Shown here: piece after piece, positions 1 to 11,270 of the stretch
Layout of the letters: each line of letters begins with the position of its first letter
Numbering within the stretch: position 1 is the first letter of the stretch
Source of the DNA: Camelus ferus
Lineage: Eukaryota
Reading direction: 5' to 3'
Length of the DNA stretch: 64,000 bases
NCBI RefSeq assembly: GCF_009834535.1
Contig: NC_045696.1
Span: 74,898,001-74,962,000, forward strand
Notes under the pieces: generated by a model
Told to the model about the DNA's origin: nothing
Database searches by the model: none
Seen by the model: only the letters and a program-made list of their open reading frames with translations
Translations under genes and position numbers: made by a program

Positions 1-1634
1 ATCCACACATGCCTCCTTGAAATTAATGATTATGCCTTCTCTTTCTATTTAATTACAATATTTCTATTTCTCAAGATGACTTCTGACATACTTAGTTTAT
101 TACCTTTCATGTATGTGTTAAGTTAAACATACAATACAAAAGGTTTAAAACAAAATTAGTAATCAAGGAAAGGGCATCAGCACATGTATCTGTATGGTTC
201 TTTTGTGATTTGTATGCAATTTTACAGGGAAACATCTATTTTCAAGTGGGCACAACAGGGTTGAAGTGAATTTCCACAGCAACAATGCTAGGTAGGTTTT
301 TGGTTTTTGTTTTTTCTTTTTGCTTGCTTTCATAAACTTTCTGATAGATTTATAAACTTGTATTAAAATCCTGATGCCTTACCTATAAAATTAGGATAAT
401 AAAAGCATCTATCTGACAGAGTTGTGGTGATGTTTGAGTTATTACAAGTATTTAAAATAGTGCCTGGTACACAACAAGTGTGCAAGAGTATTAGCTATTA
501 TTGTCGCATTTATTTTACTAAGTGAACTATTATCACCAAAGACTCAAAGTCTATTTATACCTTAAAGCAGGCCACTTATTGAGATAAACAAATTTAAATT
601 CTGCAGTAGGGGAGAGGAGTAAAAGAGCAAGAAGAAAGAGGACTGGAGGTAGAGAGCACAGATCACGAAAAATGAGATGACTACCTTGAAACAGCACAGC
701 ACGCTTGACTTTGAGGATCTTAAGCCACAGGTAGTTGGAATTCTGATTTGGTAAAAATCTTGATTACAAAGTGATGCCTTCATTTGTATGGGTTAAAAGT
801 TTGAAAAATGTTTTCCTAAATATCATCTCATGTATTGCTCATAACTAATCTGAACAGTATTACACAAACTGAGTTACCAGTTCTGATCAAACAGCAAACT
901 CACAGAACGAGAACTAGACCTATGAATTCACCTACAGTGTAGCCCAAAATTAAAACAACATGGATCTACACACACTGAACTTTTGCATTCGTGGGAGAGA
1001 TCTTAAGACTGAGAGAAAGTAACCACAGTGAGAAACACTGCCTTTACCAATTGCTTTCATTCCAGAGTAAACATCTTGCATCGTAATTGCTTTTCCTTTA
1101 TTTCTTCTTTTGGCTGAAAAAATCTAGTGCCACTGAATTCCCTAAGAAACCTAAGAAAGGTAGGGAACTACCATTGGCATTTATCTGAGAAAGCTATGAC
1201 ATTTACTCATGAATATGCTTACCAAATACTCCAATGGTAAAAAGTTTCTAAAGGCACAGACATGTGTCAAAAACAGATTCCAGAGCCCAATTTTTTAAAC
1301 AAAGTTTACTGCAGAAAGTAAATATTTGAGATTAAACAGCAACAGCACACTTCAATAACGTTCTTTTCACTGGGAATATCATTTTTAAAACTTCACAAAC
1401 TTTTAATTCTAATTTACTTTTATTTAAGGACAGGTTTTATGCTTTCAGTTATTTAGCTCTGAAGCAAAAGAATAAAATTCAAAACATTAATGATGGTTGT
1501 AAAAGCTATGAATAGAAACAGTAAAGATTCTTCCATCTCCAGCAACGCAGACATCTTGTAAAACATTTTTTAAAAGAACAAGTTAAGGGCATTATTTCAG
1601 GTACATTATTGTTGCTAAAGGTCCAATAGTATAC

Positions 1635-1797
1635 CTTCACACTCTTTTTTTCATCTGATCCTTCTGTCATGAGATAGGCTTTATCTCCATCAGTCCCTTC
1701 AACACTCAGGAAGCAATTAGTTGTATGGCCAATTCCACTAGGGAGGACTTTATCCCACAACATGGCATTGATAACAGAGCTCTTCCCACTGCTCGTC
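1635..1797 (-). CDS. MFN1: Mitofusin-1 exon 4 (third coding exon; GTPase G1/G2 region)
   Basis: 163 nt flanked by cag| and |gtatac; translates (R)[54 protein letters not shown], recognisable as mitofusin-1; in phase with exon 3. Confidence 0.98.
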
Positions 1798-3203
1798 CTG
1801 AAGAATGAATACATAAAATCATGAAAAACAAAACATAACAGTAAAAACTTTGTTCTTTCACTGGGTCGAAGGCCAACTTTTTTAGAATGGAAATTTTGTA
1901 AATTTCATCAGATTACACTTTCCATGAAAACGTTGACAACTTGATTTACACAACTGTTGGCAATGCACATTTCAGAAAAATTGAGGAAAACAAATCCTAC
2001 ATTTCCCATAAAGCTATCCTTGCCCTTTCTACCTTTCTTGCTTCTTGAGGAAATCTGAAATCACAGCCTACTTGTCCCAACACAGTATTCACATCTCCAG
2101 ATGTGGTCTAATATCCCATCTTCTTAAATCTGGGCTGGACCTTTCTCACAACCAAAACTAACTCCTATTTCTCCTTCTCAAGTAGGACAACTGAGTCATC
2201 ACTTCTTCAGGAGGCCTCTTCCCTCCCACTCCTACTCCACCCTACCTGAGGTGTGGCCTCCTTCACGGACCTACTTCCTACTAGACTGTGTAAGGCCCTG
2301 AGAATATGGTCAAGTGGGGGAAGCAGACAACACCAACAAAAAACAAAAACAAAAAACAAACCAAAAAACCCACAGAGCTTTGTGAGAAGTTTTCAAGGAC
2401 ATAAACAGGGTGCTTTAGTAGAGAATAACCAAAAAGGAATACCTCAGACAGAGTGGTCATGGAAGGTTTCTGCTGTAGTAACGTTTAGGATGAGATGTGA
2501 AGACTGAGGAGGAGCCAGACATAGAGCAAGGCAAAGAGAATTCTAACTACAGGAAATTGCAAGTGCTAAAGCCCTAAGATGGAAAATATCTTAGAAGCCC
2601 TATGAGGTTAGTTTAGTGAGTAAATTAATGCCTCCACTGGTACACAGCATATGATATCTGAACAACCAAGTACGGGCCTAGTCATCTTTGTATCCCATGT
2701 GCCTAACAGAATGCATGGTATATAGGTAGTTAACAAATGATCCTTAGATTAATGCATGAGCTGTGGCAGAGATTGTTACTCTACCACTCCAGGAGTTATG
2801 TTATCGAATGGCACTTCCCATTCTCCCTCTGGGAATCATGGAGCTGAAAATCCTTTTGGAAGATACACCTGATAATCAATAGAAGTTTAAAACAGTAAGT
2901 CACAAGTTATATTTATCACTTGTTTTTCTATTCTTATAACTGGCAGAAGCCAATTCTTAGAGGTGAGCATCCTTAAAAAAATATGACTGCCTTTGATAAA
3001 GCTTTATGTTATACCAGGAGCTATAATGAACAAATTCTTTCACATGCTGATAGCTTTAACATTTAACACAGGCAGAAACTGTTGTGAAGAGGAGAGGGAG
3101 GAATAGCACTTGCTGAAACATTAGAAACAAAGCTAGGGATATGATCAAGAAAAGCCACTAATTTCTGAAAACTACCCTTGAGAAGAAATAATAAAAGGAT
3201 TAC

Positions 3204-3339
3204 CTGCCAAAAAATGCCACTTTCATGTGTCTCCGAGACAGCACCTCACCAATGATGGAAAGCTTGTTTTTATACCTCTGTATTTCTATCAGATCATCCT
3301 CAGTAGCTACTTGGTCAAGTTCTGGATTCTTGTATGTTG
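3204..3339 (-). CDS. MFN1: Mitofusin-1 exon 3
   Basis: 136 nt, ttttatag| and |gtaatc; translates [45 protein letters not shown](R); P-loop GRTSSGKS is split over exons 3/4. Confidence 0.97.
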
Positions 3340-4326
3340 CTATAAAATTGAAATGGTATTAGAGAAAGTAATAAAGATGAATATTAAGTATAAAACACAA
3401 TACTTCAGATATGCATATATTTAGCTTTGTTCTGTATTAACATGCCATGAGAAAATAAAAATGCCATGCTATCTGAATATTTGATAAAAGGTAAATGCCT
3501 CGTTGCAATGGGTCATAAAAATACCGTCCAAAAGAATTTCAAAATAATTAAAAATTACTTAAGTCCAGTCAAAAGGGTCATTTATTAGTCATCTAGGTTT
3601 CAAAGATACAAAATACCCACCTAAGACAAAATCGCACTTCTGATTAGAGAAACTAGAACCCAATAGCCACCTAGTATTATTCCATCCTGACAGCTTTAAA
3701 TCTTGAAGTCAGAAGAGGAATTCACATGCTAATAGAGTGAGGTTTGAATGGGTACCCCACCCTCCCCCCACCAAAAGATATGGTTCAAGGTCTTCAAGCT
3801 AGGTAAGACCTTGCTATTTTACAACTTCTTGTCTTCTTCCCACACAGATGGAGCAAAACAGCTAACATGAAAAAAGAACTGCAGATTGTATCCCACTGTC
3901 GGGTTTGGGGGTAACTGCCTACCCCAGCCCCAACCTCCCTTCCTCCAAGAATAGGGGTACCTACAAAAGCAAGGATTTGAAAAGGAGAAAAGAATTTCAG
4001 TTTTGTTTATATTCCAATAATACAAATTTTTACATTTATATATTTATCATCTCATTTTGAAGGTGAAAACATGGAGATTCTTTAGCTATCTGAATGGTGC
4101 CAGTTAGAGACAAAAATTGACACGACTTACCAGGTGATCATCTAATTAAACTTGAGCTTTACATCATACTTTTCAAGTACATTAAAAAAATACATGCAAT
4201 TTGGTGAATAAAAGTGAGACTGGCTTAAGTATCATTACTTTCATCATTGTTTTTCATTTTATTCTTGCTCTTACTTATTCTTCCTAACTTACTTGTTTTG
4301 CCTCTTTTTTTGCAACATTTTTTTTC

Positions 4327-4932
4327 TGAGATTCTAGAACCAGTAATATAAGAAAATAGGTTAAGGAGGGGTCCTCAGAGAAGGAGAACCATAAATGGCT
4401 TTCTTGACATAAGAGAATCCATTTCAGTCTAAGCCATTTTGGTATCTAAGTTTGGCCACAGTGCTTGTCCTTGAACAGGTCTCAGTAACCAATGATCTTA
4501 AGGGAACAAAGGAATGCGGGGACAGAGAAAAGGCAAACATTAGTGCAGTGATAAAGTGGAGCCTAGTCCCTCCTCAAGGGAAATACGTAATAGTATATCT
4601 TTGAGTTCTCTGGGAACTAAGGATACCACCTGGGTGGAGGAAGGAATGTTGGCCCTGCTTACTTCAATCAACCATGACCTGAACTCTGTCAACCTTTGCC
4701 CCAATTGTATGCTGAATTCTCTGCTCAAGCCCCTTCATGAATACTTACGTACCCTTAGCTTAAAACTTCCCCAGTTCTGCTGTTCTGGGAGACACTGCTT
4801 CAGGAAAGACCCCAGTTTTCTCCCGACTTGCTGAAAGTAATAATAAATCCTTCCTTCTCCCTATCTTTGGTTTGGTTGTGTCTACTGGCTCAACACCCAA
4901 GAAGCAAACTCAGGTTTCAGGTAATAGTAACA
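4327..4932 (+). mobile_element. Solo LTR, ERV1-like, in MFN1 intron 2 (ends approximate)
   Basis: ~600 bp starting TG, AATAAA at ~4842, U5-like end ...tttcaggtaatagtaaca; a second copy of part of it occurs at 5420-5565. Confidence 0.6.
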
Positions 4933-5126
4933 CTGAATTCATCTAAATTCTAAAGCTGCCATTCGCTAGCTCCTAGGATAATGTTCAATTCATTAACAGG
5001 CTCAATATACAGAAGATGTTACATTTAACTTCATCTTCACTTCCCATCAACTTTTTAAGAATAAAATATTATTCAAAAGCCACTGTGCCATGTCAAATTC
5101 TTTCCAAATTGAAAACTAAGATTCTG

Positions 5127-7188
5127 CTGTTGCATTTCTTTACACTAACAATGAAATATCAAAAAAGTAAAGTTAAAAAAAAAAATCCCCTTTAAATTCT
5201 CATTAAAAAAAATAATTAAGAATAAACCTGATCAAGGAAGTGAAAAGACTTATATGCAGAGAACTATAAAACATTGATTGAGAAAATTAAAGATGATTTA
5301 AAGAAGCAGAAAAATATCCTATGCTCTTAGATTGGAAGACTATCATTAAAATGGTCATACTACCCAAAGCAATCTATAGATTTAATGTGATATCTATCAA
5401 ATTACTCAGGACATTATTTGAGAACACTGAGGATTTTTCCTGAAGCAGTGTCTCCCAGAACAACAAAATTGGAGAAGTTTTAAGCTAAGGGTACATGAGC
5501 ATTCATGAAGGGGCTTGAGCAGAGGAGAATTCACCATAAAATTGGGGCAAAGGTCAACAGAGTCCATTTCACAGAACTAGAACAAATAATCCTAAAATTT
5601 ATATGTAATCACAAAAGACCCAGAATTGACAAAGCAATACTGAAGAGTGAAGTTGGAGGAATAATCCAGACTTCAGACAATACTACAGAGCTAGAGTAAT
5701 CAAAATAGCATGGTCTTGGCACAAAAACAGACATATGGATCGATGGATCAGAATAGAGAGTCCAGAAACAAACCTACACACCTAGAGTCAATCTTTGACA
5801 AAGGAGGCAAGAACATACAATGGAGAAAAGACAGTCTCTTCAGCAAGTGGTGTTGGGAAAACTGGATAGCTGCATGTAGATCAATGAAGTTAGGACACTC
5901 CCTCATACCTTACACAAAAATAAACTCAAAATGGCTCAAAGACTTAAACATAAAACAAGACACCATAAAACTCCTAGAAGAGAACACAGGCAAAACATTC
6001 TATGATATAAATCGCAGCAATGTTCTCCTAGGGCAGTCTATCCAGGAAATAGAAATAAAAGCAAAAATAAACAAATGGGACCTAATTAAACTTAGAAGCT
6101 TTTGCACAGCAAAGGAAACCATAAACAAAACAAAGAAAACTTACAGAATGGGAGAAAATATTTGCAAATAATGTAACTGACAAGGGCTTAAATTTCCAGA
6201 ATACACAAACAGCTCACACAACTCAGTAACAACAACAACAACAAAAAAAACCTCAATCCAACAATAGGCAGAAGAGCTAAACAAACATTTCTCCAATGAA
6301 GACATTCAAATGGCCAACAGGCACATAAAAAAATCTTCAATATTGCTAATTATCAGAGAAATGCAAATCAAAACTACAATGAAGTGTCACCTCAAAACCA
6401 GTCAGAAATTGCCATCCTTTAAAAGTCCACAAATCGTAAATGCTGGAGAAGGTATGGAGAAAAAAGGAATCCTCCTACACTGTTGGTGGGAATGCAGTTT
6501 GGTGCAGCCATTATGAAAAACAGTATGGAGATTCCTTAAAAAACTAAAAATAAACTTATCCTATGATCCAGCAATCCTACTTCTGGGCATATGCGCAAAG
6601 GAAGCTCTAATTTGAAAAGATACATGCACCGCAATGTTCACAGCAGCACTGTATACTATAGCTAAGACGTGGAAGAAACCTAAATGTCCATTGACAGATG
6701 ACTAAGAAGTTGTGGTGTATTTATACAATGGAATGCTACTCAGCCATAAAAAAGAATAAAATGCCATTTGCAGCAACATAGATGGACTTGGAGATCGTCA
6801 TTCTAAGTGAAGTAAACCAGAAAGAAAAACAAAAATATCGTATCACTTATATTTGGAATCTAATTTTTTTTTAAAAAAGGTCACAAATGAACTTATTTAC
6901 AAAACAGAAGCAGACTCAGAGACATAGAAAACAAACTTATGATTGGAGAAGTTGGGAATTCAGGATTTGTGGATACTAACTACTGCACACAAAATAGATA
7001 AACAAGGTCCTACTGTATAGCACGGGGAACTATATTCAGTATCTTGTAATGGCCTATAGTAAAAAAATATGAAAAGGAATATACATATATACACACTCAC
7101 ACACATGCATAAATGAATCACTATGCTGTATACCAGAAATTAACACATTGCAAATGGATTATACTTTAATTTTTTTAAAAAAGGAAAA
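5127..7188 (+). mobile_element. 5'-truncated LINE-1 (ORF2 C-terminal part, 3'UTR, A-rich tail)
   Basis: ORF2-like peptides ([44 protein letters not shown]) with frameshifts; perfect 16-bp target-site duplication GAAAACTAAGATTCTG at 5111-5126 and 7189-7204. Confidence 0.95.
5420..5565 (-). mobile_element. Inverted LTR fragment inserted inside the L1
   Basis: Reverse complement aligns to 4681-4822 at about 88% identity by hand; flanked by ATTT on both sides. Confidence 0.85.
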
Positions 7189-7589
7189 GAAAACTAAGAT
7201 TCTGTACCAGTACTTTTCTTCCTCATTCAACAGCAAAACTTGAATTGTGTCACGTTTGGTGATGATAGAATAAAAAGGCAGGATCCCTACTCTCAAGGAA
7301 CTCAAAATCTGGTGAAGGAGGATTGGGAGGGATAAGGCAAAAAGTTTGATTCTACCAGCCTACCAAATGTTTCCCACTGGAGTTTACACAATCCCTACCC
7401 TTGAAGGTCAACAATTATCTCTAAAGTAGTATTCTGTAGTAGGACGTCCTCATCACCTTTGTTTGAACAGTTACATTCACTTTAAGATAACTCCTTTTGT
7501 TCTATTCCCACTGTACCCCAGCCTCATTTGAGAGGATAAGACACGTCTGAGATCTTGGCTTAACTGCTGAGTGGATGGAAGACATAAGT

Positions 7590-7790
7590 ATAATGGCTAA
7601 ATGTGGGCTGCCTGACTTTAGTCTGGGTATTAACCAGCTGTGTGATCTTAGGTAAGGTGCTTAATTTTTCTGTGCCTTAGTTCATTCATCTTTAAATGTG
7701 TGATTAAAATCTGCCTCAGTGCTGATCTGAGGATTAAATGAGTCATTAATGTAATGAAGTGCTTAGAGTAATAATACCTCACACACAAGC
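7590..7790 (+). mobile_element. MIR SINE
   Basis: Degenerate MIR core: ctgtgtgatcttaggtaag...ttagttcattcatctttaaatg...gaggattaaatgag. Confidence 0.7.
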
Positions 7791-7971
7791 ATCCTTTTTT
7801 AGTTGCTGTAATAATCTTCAATCTTGCTCCTTTGGAAGGCAGAAATGGGTTTTATTTGTATCCCTCATCTAGCATAATGCCCTATATGTGTTCAGTAACC
7901 AAAGCTGAAAGAATAAAGCACCTTTATATATTTTCAAAAGTAATTTATTTTAAAAACTTAGAGGAACTAAC

Positions 7972-8083
7972 CTTCAACAAAACGTGATCCTTCAGTAACA
8001 AACTCCAGTAACTGATCAAATATCCCAGTAATCGCCTTCTTAGCCAGCACAAAGTGCTTCAGTGGAGAAGCAGTTTCCGCCAT
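7972..8083 (-). CDS. MFN1: Mitofusin-1 exon 2 coding part (ATG at 8083; exon spans 7972-8087)
   Basis: ttttcag|CATA ATG; 112 coding nt [37 protein letters not shown]; donor G|gttagt. Confidence 0.97.
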
Positions 8084-8699
8084 TATGCTGAAAATAAAGT
8101 TAGAAAAGTACAAATTAAACTGGATGCTGAAGATACGTTAATTAATGACACTTTCCAGCGACATTAACTCCCCAATTGAATAAATGAAACAAACTTCCAA
8201 AATAACTTGCAAATAATTGTGTTTTGGGGTAGAAGTGTTTTAGTCAGATAATTAAAGAATCCTTTGGGGTGATATTCCACTAAAATAAGTGAATCCTACT
8301 GGCCAAAATAGTGGCTGCAATTTCTACTTTAGTTCCCTTTGCTGACAATGAAACTGGCTAAATTCTGATTGCACGTGACTCAGGAACAGGGTGAGTGAGA
8401 TGAAGTCAAATTCACGAACAGTAAGTTAAGTTTCTCAACCTGGACATCTAGGCGGGTGGAGGTGGATATACAAAGTCAGGGGAAAAGAATTCCAAGTTTA
8501 TAATGCAATTCTAAGGTTTAGAAAGTAGTTCTCATCACAACGAACAGAGGGACAAGCCTTAAAGCGAGCATTAAAATTTTCAGCCAAAATACCAAGAGCT
8601 TCAAGGAATACAAGAAAAATTTTTGAAGCAGCTTCTCATGAAAAGACACCAAACAAAAATAATCATACGCTAGTCTAATCCCGATGTGTATGTGTATAA

Positions 8700-9500
8700 A
8701 ATGGAGCAGAGTGGCCGTAAAAAAAGCTGAGCTTTCCAAAGGGTCAGCAAACGACTGAGCGAAGGAGCCGCACGGGAAAGCACGGTGAGGGCAACAACCC
8801 GATTCAGCTGGGTGTGAACACCTACCTTGGGGAAAGGCCTTCCCCGCCTTCCACACCAGGCGCAGGAGCCCCGCCCGCAGGGCTCGGCGCCAGACCCCTC
8901 CACCGCCCCTCGTGCGCCGGCCCCGGCTCGGGCTCCCTGCCCCCCTGGCTCCGGCCTCGCGGGCTCCGCGGGCCCGACCCGGCCGCCGGCCCTGCCCGCA
9001 ACCCGGCTGGCTCGCTCCTTTTCCGCAGGACGGCGGCGGCGTCTCGTCACAGAGCCCCACGCACGACTCCCCGTCCCCTGTCCCTGGCCGGGCGAAGGTC
9101 ACCCCGAGCAAAGTGAACCGGCCGGCAGCCGAGGCAGCGGACGCTCACCCTGTCCCGGCTCCGACTTGTCACCCGGCAACCGCAACTCAGCCACAACCCC
9201 CAAATCGCCTCATTCTTCCATGAGAAGCTGGGAGACGGGGAGGCGGCGGGAGTAGAGGCAAAAGGGCGGTTACTTCCGGTCTCATGTCCTTCCCGATTTT
9301 GTTTGGCTCCGTAGCCGGAAGTGTGTCTACGCCGATCACCATTTTTCTTCCGGGCAGAAGGCAAGAAGTTGTTGTGGGCAGGGAATGCTACCAGAAGAAT
9401 GCTTTTCCGTTCACTCCCAACTTGGGCTTCCCCTCCCTCTCCCTTCAAAGTTTCCAAGGCTCTGCCCAGCCTGGGCGTAGCTAGCTGCCAGTGGCTGATT
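8700..9500. promoter_or_regulatory. MFN1: CpG island / MFN1 promoter and first intron
   Basis: Very GC- and CpG-rich; ETS/GABP motifs ACTTCCGGT 9272-9280 and CCGGAAGTG 9315-9323; GC box GGGCGG 9264-9269. Confidence 0.9.
9149..9280 (-). other. MFN1: MFN1 non-coding exon 1 (5' end uncertain)
   Basis: Donor AGG|gtgagc at 9149/9148 in the CpG island just downstream of the ETS sites; TSS not determinable from sequence. Confidence 0.7.
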
Positions 9501-9729
9501 TAGTGAGGAGAGCTAAAAGGAGGAGGGGTGGGATGAGATAAGGTGGGGTCGGGGTGCCGGACCAGAAGGATTCCAGCTTACAGGGCCAGCAGCGATAAGG
9601 GAAAACCTTTTGACCTTTTCACTACCCTCTATTCTTGCGTGATTTACTTCCTGAGCTTGGAGTATAGCTGTGTGTGGGTGGGTGCTTGTTGAATTACAGG
9701 TGAAACTTAGAAAATTGATGTATTCTTGA

Positions 9730-9880
9730 CTAGTGCTTCTCAAATTTTGTACTTAGGAATTTTGTACTGGAGGATTTTGTTAAGCTGCAGATTCTGATTT
9801 ATTGGGAGAGTGCGTTTCTAACATCGGTGGAGAGCCGCCGCCGCCGCCGCTGCCGCTGCTGCTAGTCTGCACAAGCTCAA
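9730..9880. mobile_element. MER5A-like hAT element containing a GCC/GCT repeat
   Basis: agtgcttctcaaa...gcagattctgatt...gcgtttctaaca...gctgctgctagtc resembles MER5A; compare 31020-31208. Confidence 0.6.
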
Positions 9881-10039
9881 CGGAAATTCCTGGAATTTCT
9901 TTCTAGAGTTGGCAAGTGAGGCGCAGTTTTGCAACTGAGGCCATTTCATCTTTCTGAGCCTCAGGTACTTCATCTGTAAAATCAGAGTTCTAATACTTGC
10001 TTTATGGGTAGGCTCTAGTACGCAGTTACTCAAACACTA

Positions 10040-10260
10040 ATCTAGGTGTTGCTGGGAAAGTATTTGTGATTAACATCTACAATCAGTTGACTCTGTGTAA
10101 AGGGGATTAGTTTGGGTAATCTGGGTGTGTTTGATCCAGCCAGTTAAAAGACTTAGGAGAACTGGGATTTCTCTAATAAAGGAATTCTGTCTGTGGACTG
10201 CAGTATCAGTTCCTGCCCAAGAATTTCCATTCTGCCTTTAATGATGGCTTGCCCATTATT
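10040..10260. mobile_element. MLT2-like (ERVL) LTR fragment
   Basis: gattaacatctacaatcagttgactct...taatctgggtg...atccagccagttaaaagactt. Confidence 0.6.
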
Positions 10261-10279
10261 AGATATATATATATTTGTA

Positions 10280-10710
10280 AACAACGAAAAATTTATTCTT
10301 TCACAGTTATAGATGCCAAATGTCTATAAAGTAAGTGTCAGCAGGCCTCACCTTCCTCTGGAGACTCTAGGGGGAGGTTGCTTCTTTGCCTCTTCCAGCT
10401 TCTGGTGGCTACAGGCATTCCTTGGCTTAGGGCTACATAACACCAATCTCTGCCTCCATCCTCAGGTGAACCTTCACATGGCCTTCTCCCGTTTGTCTTC
10501 AATCTCCCTCTCCTTTCTCTGATACAGACAGACACCAATCACTAGATCCAGTATGGGGCTTTGGATCCTGGATCCTAAATCCAAAACGATCTCAAGATCC
10601 TTAAGTTAATTACATCTTCAAAGGCCCCATTTCCAAGTAAGATCATACTCACAAGTATCAAGAGTGAGGACCTGGATATATATTTTTGGGAGATACTACT
10701 CAACCTTTTA
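10280..10710 (-). mobile_element. MLT1 (MaLR) LTR
   Basis: aatttattctttcacagtt...ttgcctcttccagcttctggtggct...ttaattacatct...atttccaagtaagatcatactcaca. Confidence 0.8.
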
Positions 10711-10769
10711 CATATGTATTATAAATATTTTCTTTAGCCTACAGCTTGCCTTTTCACCTTTAAAATTTT

Positions 10770-11201
10770 TTAAAATTTAGTTAATTTACAATACTGTTTC
10801 TGATGTACAGCAAAGTGATTCAATTTTTATATATGTTCTTTTCACATTCTTTTCCATGATAGTTTATTACAAGATAGTGAATATAGTTCCCTGTGCTATA
10901 CAGCAGGACCTTATTGTTTATCTGTTTTATATATAGTAGTTTGTATCTCCTAACCCCCCAAATCCTAATTTATCCCCCCCACCATTTTCCCCTTTGGTAA
11001 CCATAATTTGTTTTCTATGTCTGTGAGTATGTTTCTGTTTTGTAAATAAGTTCATTTGTATCATTTTTTAGATTCCACAAATAAGTGATACCATATATTT
11101 GTCTTTCTGTATCTGACTTACTTAGTATGATAATCTCTAGGTCCACCCATGTTGCTGCAAATGGTATTATTTCATTCTTTTTCATGGCTAAGTAATAGTC
11201 C

Positions 11202-11251
<50 letters not shown>

Positions 11252-11270
11252 CCCCCCACATCTTTATCCC
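10770..11270 (-). mobile_element. LINE-1 3' end fragment
   Basis: Peptide YYLAMKKNEIIPFAATWVDLEIIILS (ORF2 end) and 3'UTR similar to the L1 at 6720-7180. Confidence 0.9.
11205..11246. repeat. (GT)21 microsatellite
   Basis: Perfect dinucleotide run. Confidence 0.97.

Noticed and set aside
5710..6516. 153-aa and 68-aa ORFs as host genes
   Set aside because: Frameshifted L1 ORF2 fragments
8518..9503. Many overlapping 100-200 aa ORFs on both strands
   Set aside because: Pro/Arg/Gly/Ala-rich products of stop-poor CpG-island DNA; no recognisable domain
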